Part shown: positions 40,663-50,810 of the stretch, one piece after another
Numbering within the stretch: the stretch's first letter is position 1
Layout of the letters: each line of letters opens with the position of its first letter
Translations under genes and position numbers: made by a program
The notes under the pieces: model-generated
Seen by the model: the letters and a program-made list of their open reading frames with translations, nothing else
Told to the model about the DNA's origin: nothing
Database searches by the model: none
NCBI GenBank assembly: GCA_965205025.1
Contig: CBDBFU010000014.1
Coordinates: forward strand, 256,001 to 320,000
Length of the DNA: 64,000 nt
Source: Candidatus Poribacteria bacterium
GTDB lineage: Bacteria > Poribacteria > WGA-4E > WGA-3G
Direction: 5' to 3'

Positions 40663-43164
40663 CTACTTCCGGATTACCATTTGTCGTGTGGCAACAAACT
40701 GTCCTGCTGTAAATTCATAGAAGTATACTCCACTCGCTACATGTTCACCATATTCATTTTTCCCATCCCAATAGGCAGCGCGGGAACGAGATTGGTATAG
40801 TCCTGGTTGTTGATATCCTATTTGTAATTGTCGAATCAATTGACCATTTGTTGAATAAATTCGGATTGTTACATCTGATGGTTCGGATAGTTGATACGGA
40901 ATCCACGTTTCAGGATTGAATGGATTCGGATAATTTGGAAATGCAACGGTTTTTTCAGGATACTTACTATTCAGAAGTTGTTCAAGAAAATATATCCCTC
41001 TTTTTGAAACTGGATCAGTAAGATTATGTATCTGTGCCTGTTTCAACCACTCCTTGATAGTACTTGCTTTTAGAATATCTTTATAGGGTGTTTTTGTTGG
41101 AGATGCAGATTCCAGATTAATTGCTGCGGCTACCATGATAAGATCCGTAATATCAACAACACCATCACCATTTATATCAGCTGCATTTGGACCAGTTTTA
41201 TTAAAGTTTGTAGCAACTACAATCAAATCCTTAATGTCAACAACGCCATCCCCATTTACATCAGTTGTTAATGAGATGGGTTGAATTATATCATCAAAAT
41301 CCCATATATAGATTACTCCTCCCTCACCGGCAGTTGCGACTGTGCTCCCATCTTTACTGATCCTAATTTGACCAAAACCATCCGGAATCCCAGAAAATTG
41401 ATGTATTATTTCGGCAGTTCCAGGTTCCCAAAATGATATAGTACCACCATCAGAATTGGTCATACTAATTAGGAACTTTCCATTAGGACTATATGTAATT
41501 CCACTGACACCGACATCTGTCTGGGTAAGTTCTCTCTTAAGCGTTCCCGTTTCCACATCCCATAAATTCACAATTCGTGATGCAAATACGGCTGCAAGAG
41601 TGTTCCCATTCGGACTGAAGGTCAAGGATCTAATCCAAGTATAACCTACCCCGAAGTTTCTTACTTGTTTTCTCTTTGATAAATCCCATAGTAATATGTC
41701 CTGCCCTCCAGATGCCAACATTTGACCATCTTGACTAAAAGCTAAACTAAGTGGAGCCTGTGTAGGTCCAGTAAAGGTGGCAATGTGATGTCCAGTCTGT
41801 GAATCCCATAGACACACATTCTTATCTCTACCTCCTGTGGCAAGCATTTTTCCATCTGGACTGAATCTTACAACATATATATTCCCATTATGTCCCATTA
41901 GCATCAGTTTAGTTTTTCCAGTTACAGCATCCCATAATCGGACTGACCTGTCATAATAATTCCCACTACTCGCTATAGTTTTACCATCTGGACTTATATC
42001 AATTGATTCAATGTAAGATGTATGACCGATTAGAGTGTTTATCTTTTTTCCAGTTGCTGTTTTCCAAAGGTATAGTTTATTGTCCCAACTACCACTAACT
42101 ATCATATCCCCGTTAGGACTTATAGCAAAACTGTCGCCAGCAGTATGGTGACCTAAAATCTGAGTAATGGTTTCTAAAGTCTCAGCATTTCTGATCTGTA
42201 TAGTTCCATCAAAGCTACTACTTACTAAAAGGTTGCCATCTGGACTATAGAGTACATTTTGTACTCTGTATGTATGATCAAGGAGAGTAGTTTTATAGGT
42301 GGCAGTAGATACATCCCACAAAACAACCGTACCATCATCGCCTCCACTGGCAAGAGTATTTCCATCTGAACTAAATGATACACTGTTGACTTTTCTTGTA
42401 TGTCCAGAAAGCGTGTTTATCAGTTCTCCAGTGTCTGTATTCCATAGGTGAATTGAGGTATCTGACCAATCACTGCCTCCGGCGAGTATACTCCCATCAG
42501 GACTAAATGCTAAACTCTGGACACCATCTTCATGACCAATGATGAATTTCTTTAATCTGAGTGTTTCAACATCCCACAATATCACCTCATTTTCATATTC
42601 TGTACAACTTGCAAGAGTTTTACCATCAGGACTAAATATCACATCTGATACATTATCTGAATGATCAGTGAAGATTGCCAACATGACACCACTATTCACA
42701 TCCCATAATATCACAGATTCGTCTGTCCCTCCTCCACAACTTGCAAGTATATTACCATCAGGACTAAAGGCGACACCAAGGATTTCATCGTGATGTCCCA
42801 TAAATCTTTTGATGACTTTTCCTGTAGAAACATTCCAGAGTAATAATTTTCCTTCACGACTCCCACTTGCAAGTATCTTTCCATCCGGACTGTAAGCCAC
42901 ACTTGCAACACCTTCTTGATGTCCTAAGAACAAATCGAGTTCTTTTCCTGAAAATACATCATAAATCCATGTCCCAATTGGCGTTGTAACCACAAGTCTC
43001 TTGCTATCAGGAGAAAATGCAATTTCTCCATCTAACATACCTTTACCAATTCTTAATTTTGCGCGTTCCGGTAAATTCCATCTCATATACTCTTGTGCAA
43101 ATAATGTGATGGGTAAATTAATTATAAGAAGTAGTATGAGGGTAAAATATCGTGTTTTCTTCAT
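40663..43164 (-). CDS. Secreted WD40 + dockerin + CTD protein (subtype A1)
   Basis: Same architecture; dockerin DLIVVATNF. Confidence 0.9.
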   Translation of the reverse strand: MKKTRYFTLILLLIINLPITLFAQEYMRWNLPERAKLRIGKGMLDGEIAFSPDSKRLVVTTPIGTWIYDVFSGKELDLFLGHQEGVASVAYSPDGKILASGSREGKLLLWNVSTGKVIKRFMGHHDEILGVAFSPDGNILASCGGGTDESVILWDVNSGVMLAIFTDHSDNVSDVIFSPDGKTLASCTEYENEVILWDVETLRLKKFIIGHEDGVQSLAFSPDGSILAGGSDWSDTSIHLWNTDTGELINTLSGHTRKVNSVSFSSDGNTLASGGDDGTVVLWDVSTATYKTTLLDHTYRVQNVLYSPDGNLLVSSSFDGTIQIRNAETLETITQILGHHTAGDSFAISPNGDMIVSGSWDNKLYLWKTATGKKINTLIGHTSYIESIDISPDGKTIASSGNYYDRSVRLWDAVTGKTKLMLMGHNGNIYVVRFSPDGKMLATGGRDKNVCLWDSQTGHHIATFTGPTQAPLSLAFSQDGQMLASGGQDILLWDLSKRKQVRNFGVGYTWIRSLTFSPNGNTLAAVFASRIVNLWDVETGTLKRELTQTDVGVSGITYSPNGKFLISMTNSDGGTISFWEPGTAEIIHQFSGIPDGFGQIRISKDGSTVATAGEGGVIYIWDFDDIIQPISLTTDVNGDGVVDIKDLIVVATNFNKTGPNAADINGDGVVDITDLIMVAAAINLESASPTKTPYKDILKASTIKEWLKQAQIHNLTDPVSKRGIYFLEQLLNSKYPEKTVAFPNYPNPFNPETWIPYQLSEPSDVTIRIYSTNGQLIRQLQIGYQQPGLYQSRSRAAYWDGKNEYGEHVASGVYFYEFTAGQFVATRQMVIRK

Positions 43165-43225
43165 AATATGCTTTATAGTAGTAGAAATGTTGTTTGATAT
43201 TGTTCTGTTGATATAGTGTCTTAAG

Positions 43226-45742
43226 CTACTTAATTATTAACATACGTCGGGTTGCTGTATATTCTCCAGCAGACATAGTACATAAATAAATACCACTTGC
43301 AACTGATTCACCTGCTTTATTCTTTCCATCCCAATATACTGCTTCGTGTCTACTATGATACTCACCAGCAGGTTTATACCCTAAATCTATATGTTTTACT
43401 AACTGACCATTGGATGTATAGATCTGTATGGAAACATCTGTCGGTTTTGCTAACTGGAATGGAATCCAAGTTTCTGGATTGAAGGGATTAGGATAATTTG
43501 GCAATAGAGTAGTCTCTTTTGGTGTAAGTACTACCAAGAGTTGTTTAAGTAAAGCTACTCCTCTTCGGTAGTTGTCTGACACATTATTGGAATTCTGTGC
43601 TTGATTTAGCCACATTTTAACCGTTTCAGCAGAGAGTTTATTGTTAGGCTTAGAAGCCACAATTGGAGCACTATCTGTATTCGCAATCGCTCCTGCAACA
43701 AGCACAATATCAGTAGCATCAACAACACCGTCGTTGTTAATATCTGCGATATTCTCAGTTCCAATCTTTCCAAATTGTGATGCCACATAGATAAGGTCGT
43801 GTATATCCACAACACCATCACTGTTAACATCTTCTGGTATTATTGCAATCTCTTCTTCTACACCGTTAATAGATTTCCAATCCCAGACTAATGCTGTTCC
43901 ATCTGAACTCACACTCACGAAACTGCGTCCATCTGTGCTGAAGGAAATACCATCAATCCTTCCATAATGACCAAATAACGGAGGTAGTGGTTCACCCGAA
44001 GGTACATCCCATAAACGTATAAGGTTATCTCTATCACCGACACTTGCGAGTGTCTCTCCATTAGGACTAAACGCAACACTTGAAACCCAACTGGGATGTC
44101 CGATTAGTTGTCTAATTTGTTTGCCAGTATTAACATCCCATAAGATCACTGAACTATCTTTACTTCCACTGGCAATTAAATTCCCTTTAGGACTGTATGC
44201 AACACTACGCACATCAGCAGTATGCCCTATAAATGTTGTAATCAATTCCTCATTTTCAACATTCCAAAGGCGAACAGTATCATCCAGACTTCCACTTACG
44301 AGATAACGACTATCAGGACTGAATGCAATAGAATAAATGCCTTCACTATGTCCAATAAGTGTTCCTTTGTGTGTACGACCTGAATGCCATAATTGTACTG
44401 TACCTTCACTACTTGCACTTGCAAGATATTTCCCGTCAGGACTATAGGCAATTGATATAATACCATAACCAGATGCCGAATTACCTGAATAGCCCTTGAG
44501 AGTTGCAATGGGTACTCCTTGATTTAGATTCCATAAACGTATAGACCATCCAATTTCACTTGCAAGTGTTTGACCATCTTGACTAAATGCCATTTTCCAG
44601 ATATTCTCATTAGGTTCATAGAGTGTTGTCATATATTCCCCAGTGGTAATATCCCATAGATGAATTACATCTCGACCACCAGTAGCAACTGTACGATTAT
44701 TTGGAGATATCGCAAGTCCATTTAGATAAGTAGTATGTCCAGGTATTGATAAAATCCTTGCCCCTGTCATCACATCCCAAAAAAACAACTCTCCATGTCC
44801 TCCACTTACTAATGTTTGACCGTCAGGACTGAATGCAATAGTTGAAATATCATAGGTATGTGATGTCAGTTCAAATAGTTTTTCCTTAGATTCGAAATCC
44901 CATAAGGAAAGATTATCGATTCTGGAAATGGCAATTAATGAACCGTCTGGACTAAAAGTACAATTATAGTAGAGAGGTATAGTTGCCTCTCCAAGAAAAC
45001 TCCCAGTTGCTATATTCCATTCATATACCCTATTACTATTGTAACCCACCCCGGCAATAATGTTGCTATTCGGATAGAATATGACTCGTGCAACTCCGTC
45101 ATAATGTTTTTTAAATGTGTGCCTGTTTTCGCCTGTCGCTATATCCCATATACGTACAGACCTATCCCAACTGCTGGTTACAAGTGTTTTACCATCTGAA
45201 CTAAAAGCCATGGATGTAATAGTATCTGTGTGTCCTTCAAAAGTGGTTTTCGTTACTCCGGTGTTAACATCCCTTAGAGTCATTGAATAGTCTTTCAGAG
45301 AATAGGATGAATTTGCACTTACAAGTGAATTTCTATCCGGACTAAAAATAACAGATCTAATAGAATTACCATATAGCGGTATACTCTTCACTATATTCCA
45401 TGTTGAAGTGTCGACTATATGAACAGAATCAACTCCATCAAAATATGAGAGTGTACTACCATCAGGACTAAATTCTAACATATCTATCTGTGAATCCTCA
45501 TCAGTGAACAGTCTTAATGTCTTACCAGTGTAGGCATCATAGATCCATATCCCTATAGAACTGTCTACTGCAATATACTCTCCATTCGGGGCATACAGAA
45601 CCTTTTGGATTCTCCCTTTACCCAGACGATATTTCGCGCCTTCAGGTAAATCCCATTGCGTATAATCCTGTGCATAGCAGGATGTTAGAAAATGGATTGA
45701 AATTAAGAGTATTAGAATGATAGAAACCAAAGAAATCTTCAT
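43226..45742 (-). CDS. Secreted WD40 + dockerin + CTD protein (subtype B1)
   Basis: Same architecture; GNSASGYGI and GRTHKGTL motifs. Confidence 0.9.
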   Translation of the reverse strand: MKISLVSIILILLISIHFLTSCYAQDYTQWDLPEGAKYRLGKGRIQKVLYAPNGEYIAVDSSIGIWIYDAYTGKTLRLFTDEDSQIDMLEFSPDGSTLSYFDGVDSVHIVDTSTWNIVKSIPLYGNSIRSVIFSPDRNSLVSANSSYSLKDYSMTLRDVNTGVTKTTFEGHTDTITSMAFSSDGKTLVTSSWDRSVRIWDIATGENRHTFKKHYDGVARVIFYPNSNIIAGVGYNSNRVYEWNIATGSFLGEATIPLYYNCTFSPDGSLIAISRIDNLSLWDFESKEKLFELTSHTYDISTIAFSPDGQTLVSGGHGELFFWDVMTGARILSIPGHTTYLNGLAISPNNRTVATGGRDVIHLWDITTGEYMTTLYEPNENIWKMAFSQDGQTLASEIGWSIRLWNLNQGVPIATLKGYSGNSASGYGIISIAYSPDGKYLASASSEGTVQLWHSGRTHKGTLIGHSEGIYSIAFSPDSRYLVSGSLDDTVRLWNVENEELITTFIGHTADVRSVAYSPKGNLIASGSKDSSVILWDVNTGKQIRQLIGHPSWVSSVAFSPNGETLASVGDRDNLIRLWDVPSGEPLPPLFGHYGRIDGISFSTDGRSFVSVSSDGTALVWDWKSINGVEEEIAIIPEDVNSDGVVDIHDLIYVASQFGKIGTENIADINNDGVVDATDIVLVAGAIANTDSAPIVASKPNNKLSAETVKMWLNQAQNSNNVSDNYRRGVALLKQLLVVLTPKETTLLPNYPNPFNPETWIPFQLAKPTDVSIQIYTSNGQLVKHIDLGYKPAGEYHSRHEAVYWDGKNKAGESVASGIYLCTMSAGEYTATRRMLIIK

Positions 45743-45752
45743 ATTATATTAT

Positions 45753-48293
45753 CTATTTTTTTATTACCATTTGTCGTGTGGCACTGAATTTTCCTGCAGT
45801 AAATTCATAGAAATACATCCCACTCGCGACGGGTTCACCCAGTTCATTCTTTCCATCCCAATAAGCAGCTCGGGAACGGGAATGGTATAGTCCTGGTTGT
45901 TGATGTCCTATTTGTAATTGTCGAATCAATTGACCATTTGTTGAATAAATTCGTATTGTTACATCTGATGGTTCAGATAGTTGATAGGGTATCCATGTTT
46001 CTGGATTGAATGGATTAGGGTAGTTTGGTAGGAGAGTTGTCATTTTGGGAGTAAATGACTTCAAGAGTTGTTCAAGAAAGATAATCCCCTTGTGTATAGC
46101 GGGGTTGCTATTCTTAAGTTGTTGTGCATCAGTTATCCATTGTTGAATAGATTCAGCAGTTAGATTTGTGGTTGTTACCGGTATGGATGGGGCACCATCT
46201 CCAATGTTAATAGCTGCTGCAACAGCAATTAAATCTGCGATATTTACAACACCGTCTCTATTTACATCAGCAAGATTTTCTCCTGTTTTTCCGAAATTAG
46301 CAGCAACCAACACTAAGTCGTTAATATCTACAACACCATCCGAATTGATGTCAACGATATGTGTGGGTTTTTCAATTGCAAATGGGTAATTCCACAAGTA
46401 TATTACACCACCATAACCTGTTGTTGCGAGAGTTTTTCCATCTGGACTAAATATGAGATGACATACCTTATCCGGATTACTGGTGATAGTAAATTTAAGC
46501 TCATTACTCACAAGATCCCAAAATCGAATTGTATTGTCATCAAAAAAACTTGCCGTAGCAAGAGTTTTTCCATCCAGACTAAAAGCAGGAATTGTAAACC
46601 TTCCACTATGTCCTGTTTGTATGGTTCTATAGGCACCAGTCGATATATTCAATAGATGTATATCAGGATTCATACCCGATACTGCCAGAGTGCGACCATC
46701 AGGACTATATACCCCATAGGCATATCCTTCAGGTAGACCGGTATATAATGGAATTGGCTGCATAGTATTTAGGTCCCAGAACTGGATTCCTGACTTCCCC
46801 GCAGTTATGAATGTATTTCCATCTGGACTGAATGTAATGCTACCCATAGGATTATCTCTATCACCGCTAAGTGTCCAAAGTGGGTTCCCCGTTTTTACAT
46901 CCCAAAGAATGCTATCCCATTCAGATGTGCTTGTAAGGATTCTTCCATCCAGGCTAAATGACAAATTATGGATAGCAGAATAATGACCAATCATTGTTTT
47001 CTTATTTTTGCCTGAATCAACATCCCATAGTTTTATTGAAAAGTCATCAGAGTACCAACCATTTATTGAAGGACCTAAATCTCCTCCACTTGCAATGGTT
47101 TGACCATCAGGACTTATTGCGATACTTACAACAGAACTATTATGTCCAATAAATGTATTTAGATTTCTACCCGTTTCTGTATCCCATAATCGAACTGTTC
47201 TATCATTACTTCCACTCACAATAGTCTTTCCATCTGGAGTGAATGCCAATTCATTTATCCTACCATTATGTCCTGTTATTTTGGAGATCGTTTGAAAGTT
47301 TTGAGTATCCCACAATACAACTGTTCCATCCATACTACCAGATGCCAGAATATTGCCATTAGGACTAAATGCCACACTTACAACATCGTCTGTATGTTCT
47401 ATTAATGTCGTCAGATAGCTTCCATTAATTACATCCCATAAACAGATAGTTCTATCAATGCTCCCACTTGCCAACGTCTTCCCATCAGGACTAATAGCAA
47501 TACTTCTTACACCCCCTGTGTGTCCAATGAGTGTCTTTCTTAAAGAAGTTGATGCAACATCCCATAATTGAATCCTTTCGTCCCATCTACCTTTACAACT
47601 TGCTAAAGTACTTCCATCCGGATTGAAGACAATAATCATGTCCCATGCATTCGTTCCAGCATTAAAAGTTGTTCTGAGTTGACCTGTAGTAATATCCCAC
47701 AATTTCACTATATTCTTATCATCATCTTCTCCTGCGGAGGCTATTATATTGCCATCCGGACTGAATGAAATATTATAGACATCATCTAAATGTCCTGTCA
47801 GAGATGTTATTAACCTACCCGTAACACCATTCCATAACTTTACTGTCTCATCTCTCCAATCTCCACAAGTAGCAATTAGGTTCCCATCAGGACTAATAGC
47901 AACATCTGAAATGTCATTCTGATGAGCAGAAATAGTAAGTTTAAGTTTCCCTGAATCAACATCCCATAAATAAAATTCGGAAGCACTACTTCCCACGAGT
48001 GTTTTGTTATCTGGACTAAAAGCAATAGAACGGACAAATCCTACATTATTTGTAAGTAGGTCTAATTCCTCACCAGTTTGTCCATCATATATCCAGATTC
48101 CAATAGAACTTGCTACCGCAAGTCGAGTACTATCAGGAGAGAATACCATATTACCAGTTATATAACCTTTACCAATCCGTCTTTTTGCTCCATCAGGTAG
48201 TCCCCATTGCGAATAATTCTGTGAGAATGCAGTTGACAAAAATGGTATTGAAATTAAGAATAATATGGTAATCAAGAGTCGTCGTGTATTCAT
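45753..48293 (-). CDS. Secreted WD40 + dockerin + CTD protein (subtype A2)
   Basis: Same architecture; CKGRWD and PLWTL motifs shared with 35581. Confidence 0.9.
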   Translation of the reverse strand: MNTRRLLITILFLISIPFLSTAFSQNYSQWGLPDGAKRRIGKGYITGNMVFSPDSTRLAVASSIGIWIYDGQTGEELDLLTNNVGFVRSIAFSPDNKTLVGSSASEFYLWDVDSGKLKLTISAHQNDISDVAISPDGNLIATCGDWRDETVKLWNGVTGRLITSLTGHLDDVYNISFSPDGNIIASAGEDDDKNIVKLWDITTGQLRTTFNAGTNAWDMIIVFNPDGSTLASCKGRWDERIQLWDVASTSLRKTLIGHTGGVRSIAISPDGKTLASGSIDRTICLWDVINGSYLTTLIEHTDDVVSVAFSPNGNILASGSMDGTVVLWDTQNFQTISKITGHNGRINELAFTPDGKTIVSGSNDRTVRLWDTETGRNLNTFIGHNSSVVSIAISPDGQTIASGGDLGPSINGWYSDDFSIKLWDVDSGKNKKTMIGHYSAIHNLSFSLDGRILTSTSEWDSILWDVKTGNPLWTLSGDRDNPMGSITFSPDGNTFITAGKSGIQFWDLNTMQPIPLYTGLPEGYAYGVYSPDGRTLAVSGMNPDIHLLNISTGAYRTIQTGHSGRFTIPAFSLDGKTLATASFFDDNTIRFWDLVSNELKFTITSNPDKVCHLIFSPDGKTLATTGYGGVIYLWNYPFAIEKPTHIVDINSDGVVDINDLVLVAANFGKTGENLADVNRDGVVNIADLIAVAAAINIGDGAPSIPVTTTNLTAESIQQWITDAQQLKNSNPAIHKGIIFLEQLLKSFTPKMTTLLPNYPNPFNPETWIPYQLSEPSDVTIRIYSTNGQLIRQLQIGHQQPGLYHSRSRAAYWDGKNELGEPVASGMYFYEFTAGKFSATRQMVIKK

Positions 48294-48304
48294 GGGAAGA
48301 TCTC

Positions 48305-50800
48305 CTATTTTCGTATAACCATGCGTTTTGTTGCCATATAGTTTCCAGCAGATAAAGTATAAAAGTATACGCCACTTGCCACAGGTTCACCATGTTGATT
48401 TTTTCCATCCCAATATGCTGCCCGACTTTGATCTTGATAAACCCCAGCAGGTTTAGACCCTAATTCAAGCGTGCGAATCACTTGGCCGTTTGCTGAATAG
48501 ATTTTTATTATTGGGTTTGTAGCATTTGCCAACTGATATGGAATCCATGTTTCTGGATTAAAAGGATTCGGGTAATTTGACAATAACATGGTTTGATGAG
48601 GAGTTAAGTGTACTAACAGTTGTTCAAGAAAATTGATTCCCTGATGGTAGATTGCGTTATTCTGCATTTGCATTGCCTGGTCAATCCACTCTTGAACTAT
48701 ATTTGAAGTAAGATAATATTCAGATTTAGGAAGTATTAATGGCGCGGCATTCTTATTTGTAATAGCAGCTGCAACTAATAAAATATCAGCGATGTTCACT
48801 ACACCATCATTATTAATATCCGCGTCATTTTTTGTTACTGAATTACCAAATTGAGATGCAACATAAATGAGATCCTGCACATCTACAACTCCATCCCTAT
48901 TGACATCTTCGGAAAGGATAACTGGTTGATTTTCCGTTCCGATTATTGCGTTATAATTCCAAATTAGTATTTCACCATCCCAATTTCCTGTAGCAAATGT
49001 ATCACCATCCGGACTAAAATATAGCAGACGCGGACCTATTCTATGGCCATTTAGAATCTTCCTCTGCACACCAGTGGCAACATCCCAGAGCCTAATTGAT
49101 GGATCTTCACTACCAGCACAACTGACAAGTATTTTTCCGTCATGACTGAATGCGAGACTTTGTATTCCATCGGTATGTCCGGACAAGGTGGAAATCGGTA
49201 GTCCAGTGACAGTATCCCAAAGAATAATAGTTGTATCATCACTTCCACTGGCAACAATACTTGCATCGTGATTAATAGCGACATAGTTTACATTGTCAGT
49301 ATGTCCCTTGTAGGTATGTATTTCAGTTGCGGTGTCAACATCCCATAGACGGACAGTATTATCTTTGCTTCCACTCGCAAGTAAGGTGCTATCATCACTG
49401 ATGGCTACAGATGTCACCTCATCTGAATGTCCAATTAATGTTGATTCATAGGTGCGTCCCTTAAAGAATAAATGTACTAACCAATTACTATTTCCTGCAG
49501 CAAGGTATTGACCATCTCGACTGTAGGCAATTGAAGTATATCCAGAGTAGGTGACAGGAGCATGTGATGTCACTCTCCTTGCATAGACAGTTGCTTTATA
49601 TACATAGGTAGACAAGTCCCATAGAACAATTCTGAAGTCATTACTTGCAAGAGTTGTACCGTCAGGACTAAAAGCTAAATCCGAATATGTTGAATGATGT
49701 CCTGCAAATATCAAAGCCTTAGTTTTACCAGTATTTAGATCCCAAAAATATATTTTTTCACGATTAGATGCCGCAAGTGTAGTTCCATCTGGACTGAGAG
49801 CCATACCCCAAGCATGTAAATGACCATCAATTGATAACAAACGTCTTTTACTTTCTGTATCCCAAATGAATAATTCTTCTGCCCCACTACTGGCAATGTA
49901 GGAACCATCTCGACTAAATGCTATTCTGGAAACTCCTCTAATATGACCACCAAGTTTGGCAATATATGCACCGGTGATGGCATCAAATAGGTGTAAACCG
50001 TCATACCCTCCAACAGCTAAGATTTTACCATCTGGACTCAATGCGATGCACTGAGCAGACATAGTGTCAATCTTCTGTTTTATTTTTCCAGATTCTGTAT
50101 CCCATAACTCAACCGTATCATTCCGATTGGCAGTAATCACCGTGTTACTATCAGGTGTAAAAACAAGATTCTCACTCCCATAAACATATCTTGATAATTT
50201 TGCTGTCTCAATTCCAGTAGCTATATCCCATAAACGTATGGTACTATCAAAACCTATGGTAGCCATCGTCTTACCATCGGAATTAAAAACGATCGTCCTG
50301 AACCGACCATTTGGCAACTCAAGTCTTGTCAATTGTTTTCCAGTAATAGTATCCCATAGATAGATCTTATCACTAAATATCCCAGCAAGTATTTGTCCAT
50401 CTGGACTGAAAACCACCTCACGAATTCCTTCTGGATCTCCGACTAATGACACATTGAAATTGGGATTGAGCAAGTCGCGTATTTTGAGTGTATTAGATGA
50501 ATCAGAAATAACATAAGCATTTGAATATGGACTCACTCCAAGAATCTGAGAAGAATATTCTGCGATAAAGTCAAGTTCTGTTCCAGTGCTGACATCATAG
50601 CTCCATAGTCCTATACCTGTGTCCACAATTAAACGGTTACTATCATGTGAGAATGTTATATTCTGTACTGTCCCTTTCCCTATACGAGATATAGCACCTT
50701 CGGGTAAATCCCATTGATGATAATTTTGAGCGTTGGTGTTTATGGGAAAAAGAATTAAAATGAATAATAAAGATAGTATGTTAAATTCTAACACTTTCAT
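48305..50800 (-). CDS. Secreted WD40 + dockerin + CTD protein (subtype B2)
   Basis: Same architecture; GRTY motif; dockerin DLIYVASQF. Confidence 0.9.
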   Translation of the reverse strand: MKVLEFNILSLLFILILFPINTNAQNYHQWDLPEGAISRIGKGTVQNITFSHDSNRLIVDTGIGLWSYDVSTGTELDFIAEYSSQILGVSPYSNAYVISDSSNTLKIRDLLNPNFNVSLVGDPEGIREVVFSPDGQILAGIFSDKIYLWDTITGKQLTRLELPNGRFRTIVFNSDGKTMATIGFDSTIRLWDIATGIETAKLSRYVYGSENLVFTPDSNTVITANRNDTVELWDTESGKIKQKIDTMSAQCIALSPDGKILAVGGYDGLHLFDAITGAYIAKLGGHIRGVSRIAFSRDGSYIASSGAEELFIWDTESKRRLLSIDGHLHAWGMALSPDGTTLAASNREKIYFWDLNTGKTKALIFAGHHSTYSDLAFSPDGTTLASNDFRIVLWDLSTYVYKATVYARRVTSHAPVTYSGYTSIAYSRDGQYLAAGNSNWLVHLFFKGRTYESTLIGHSDEVTSVAISDDSTLLASGSKDNTVRLWDVDTATEIHTYKGHTDNVNYVAINHDASIVASGSDDTTIILWDTVTGLPISTLSGHTDGIQSLAFSHDGKILVSCAGSEDPSIRLWDVATGVQRKILNGHRIGPRLLYFSPDGDTFATGNWDGEILIWNYNAIIGTENQPVILSEDVNRDGVVDVQDLIYVASQFGNSVTKNDADINNDGVVNIADILLVAAAITNKNAAPLILPKSEYYLTSNIVQEWIDQAMQMQNNAIYHQGINFLEQLLVHLTPHQTMLLSNYPNPFNPETWIPYQLANATNPIIKIYSANGQVIRTLELGSKPAGVYQDQSRAAYWDGKNQHGEPVASGVYFYTLSAGNYMATKRMVIRK

Positions 50801-50810
50801 TTTATGACTC

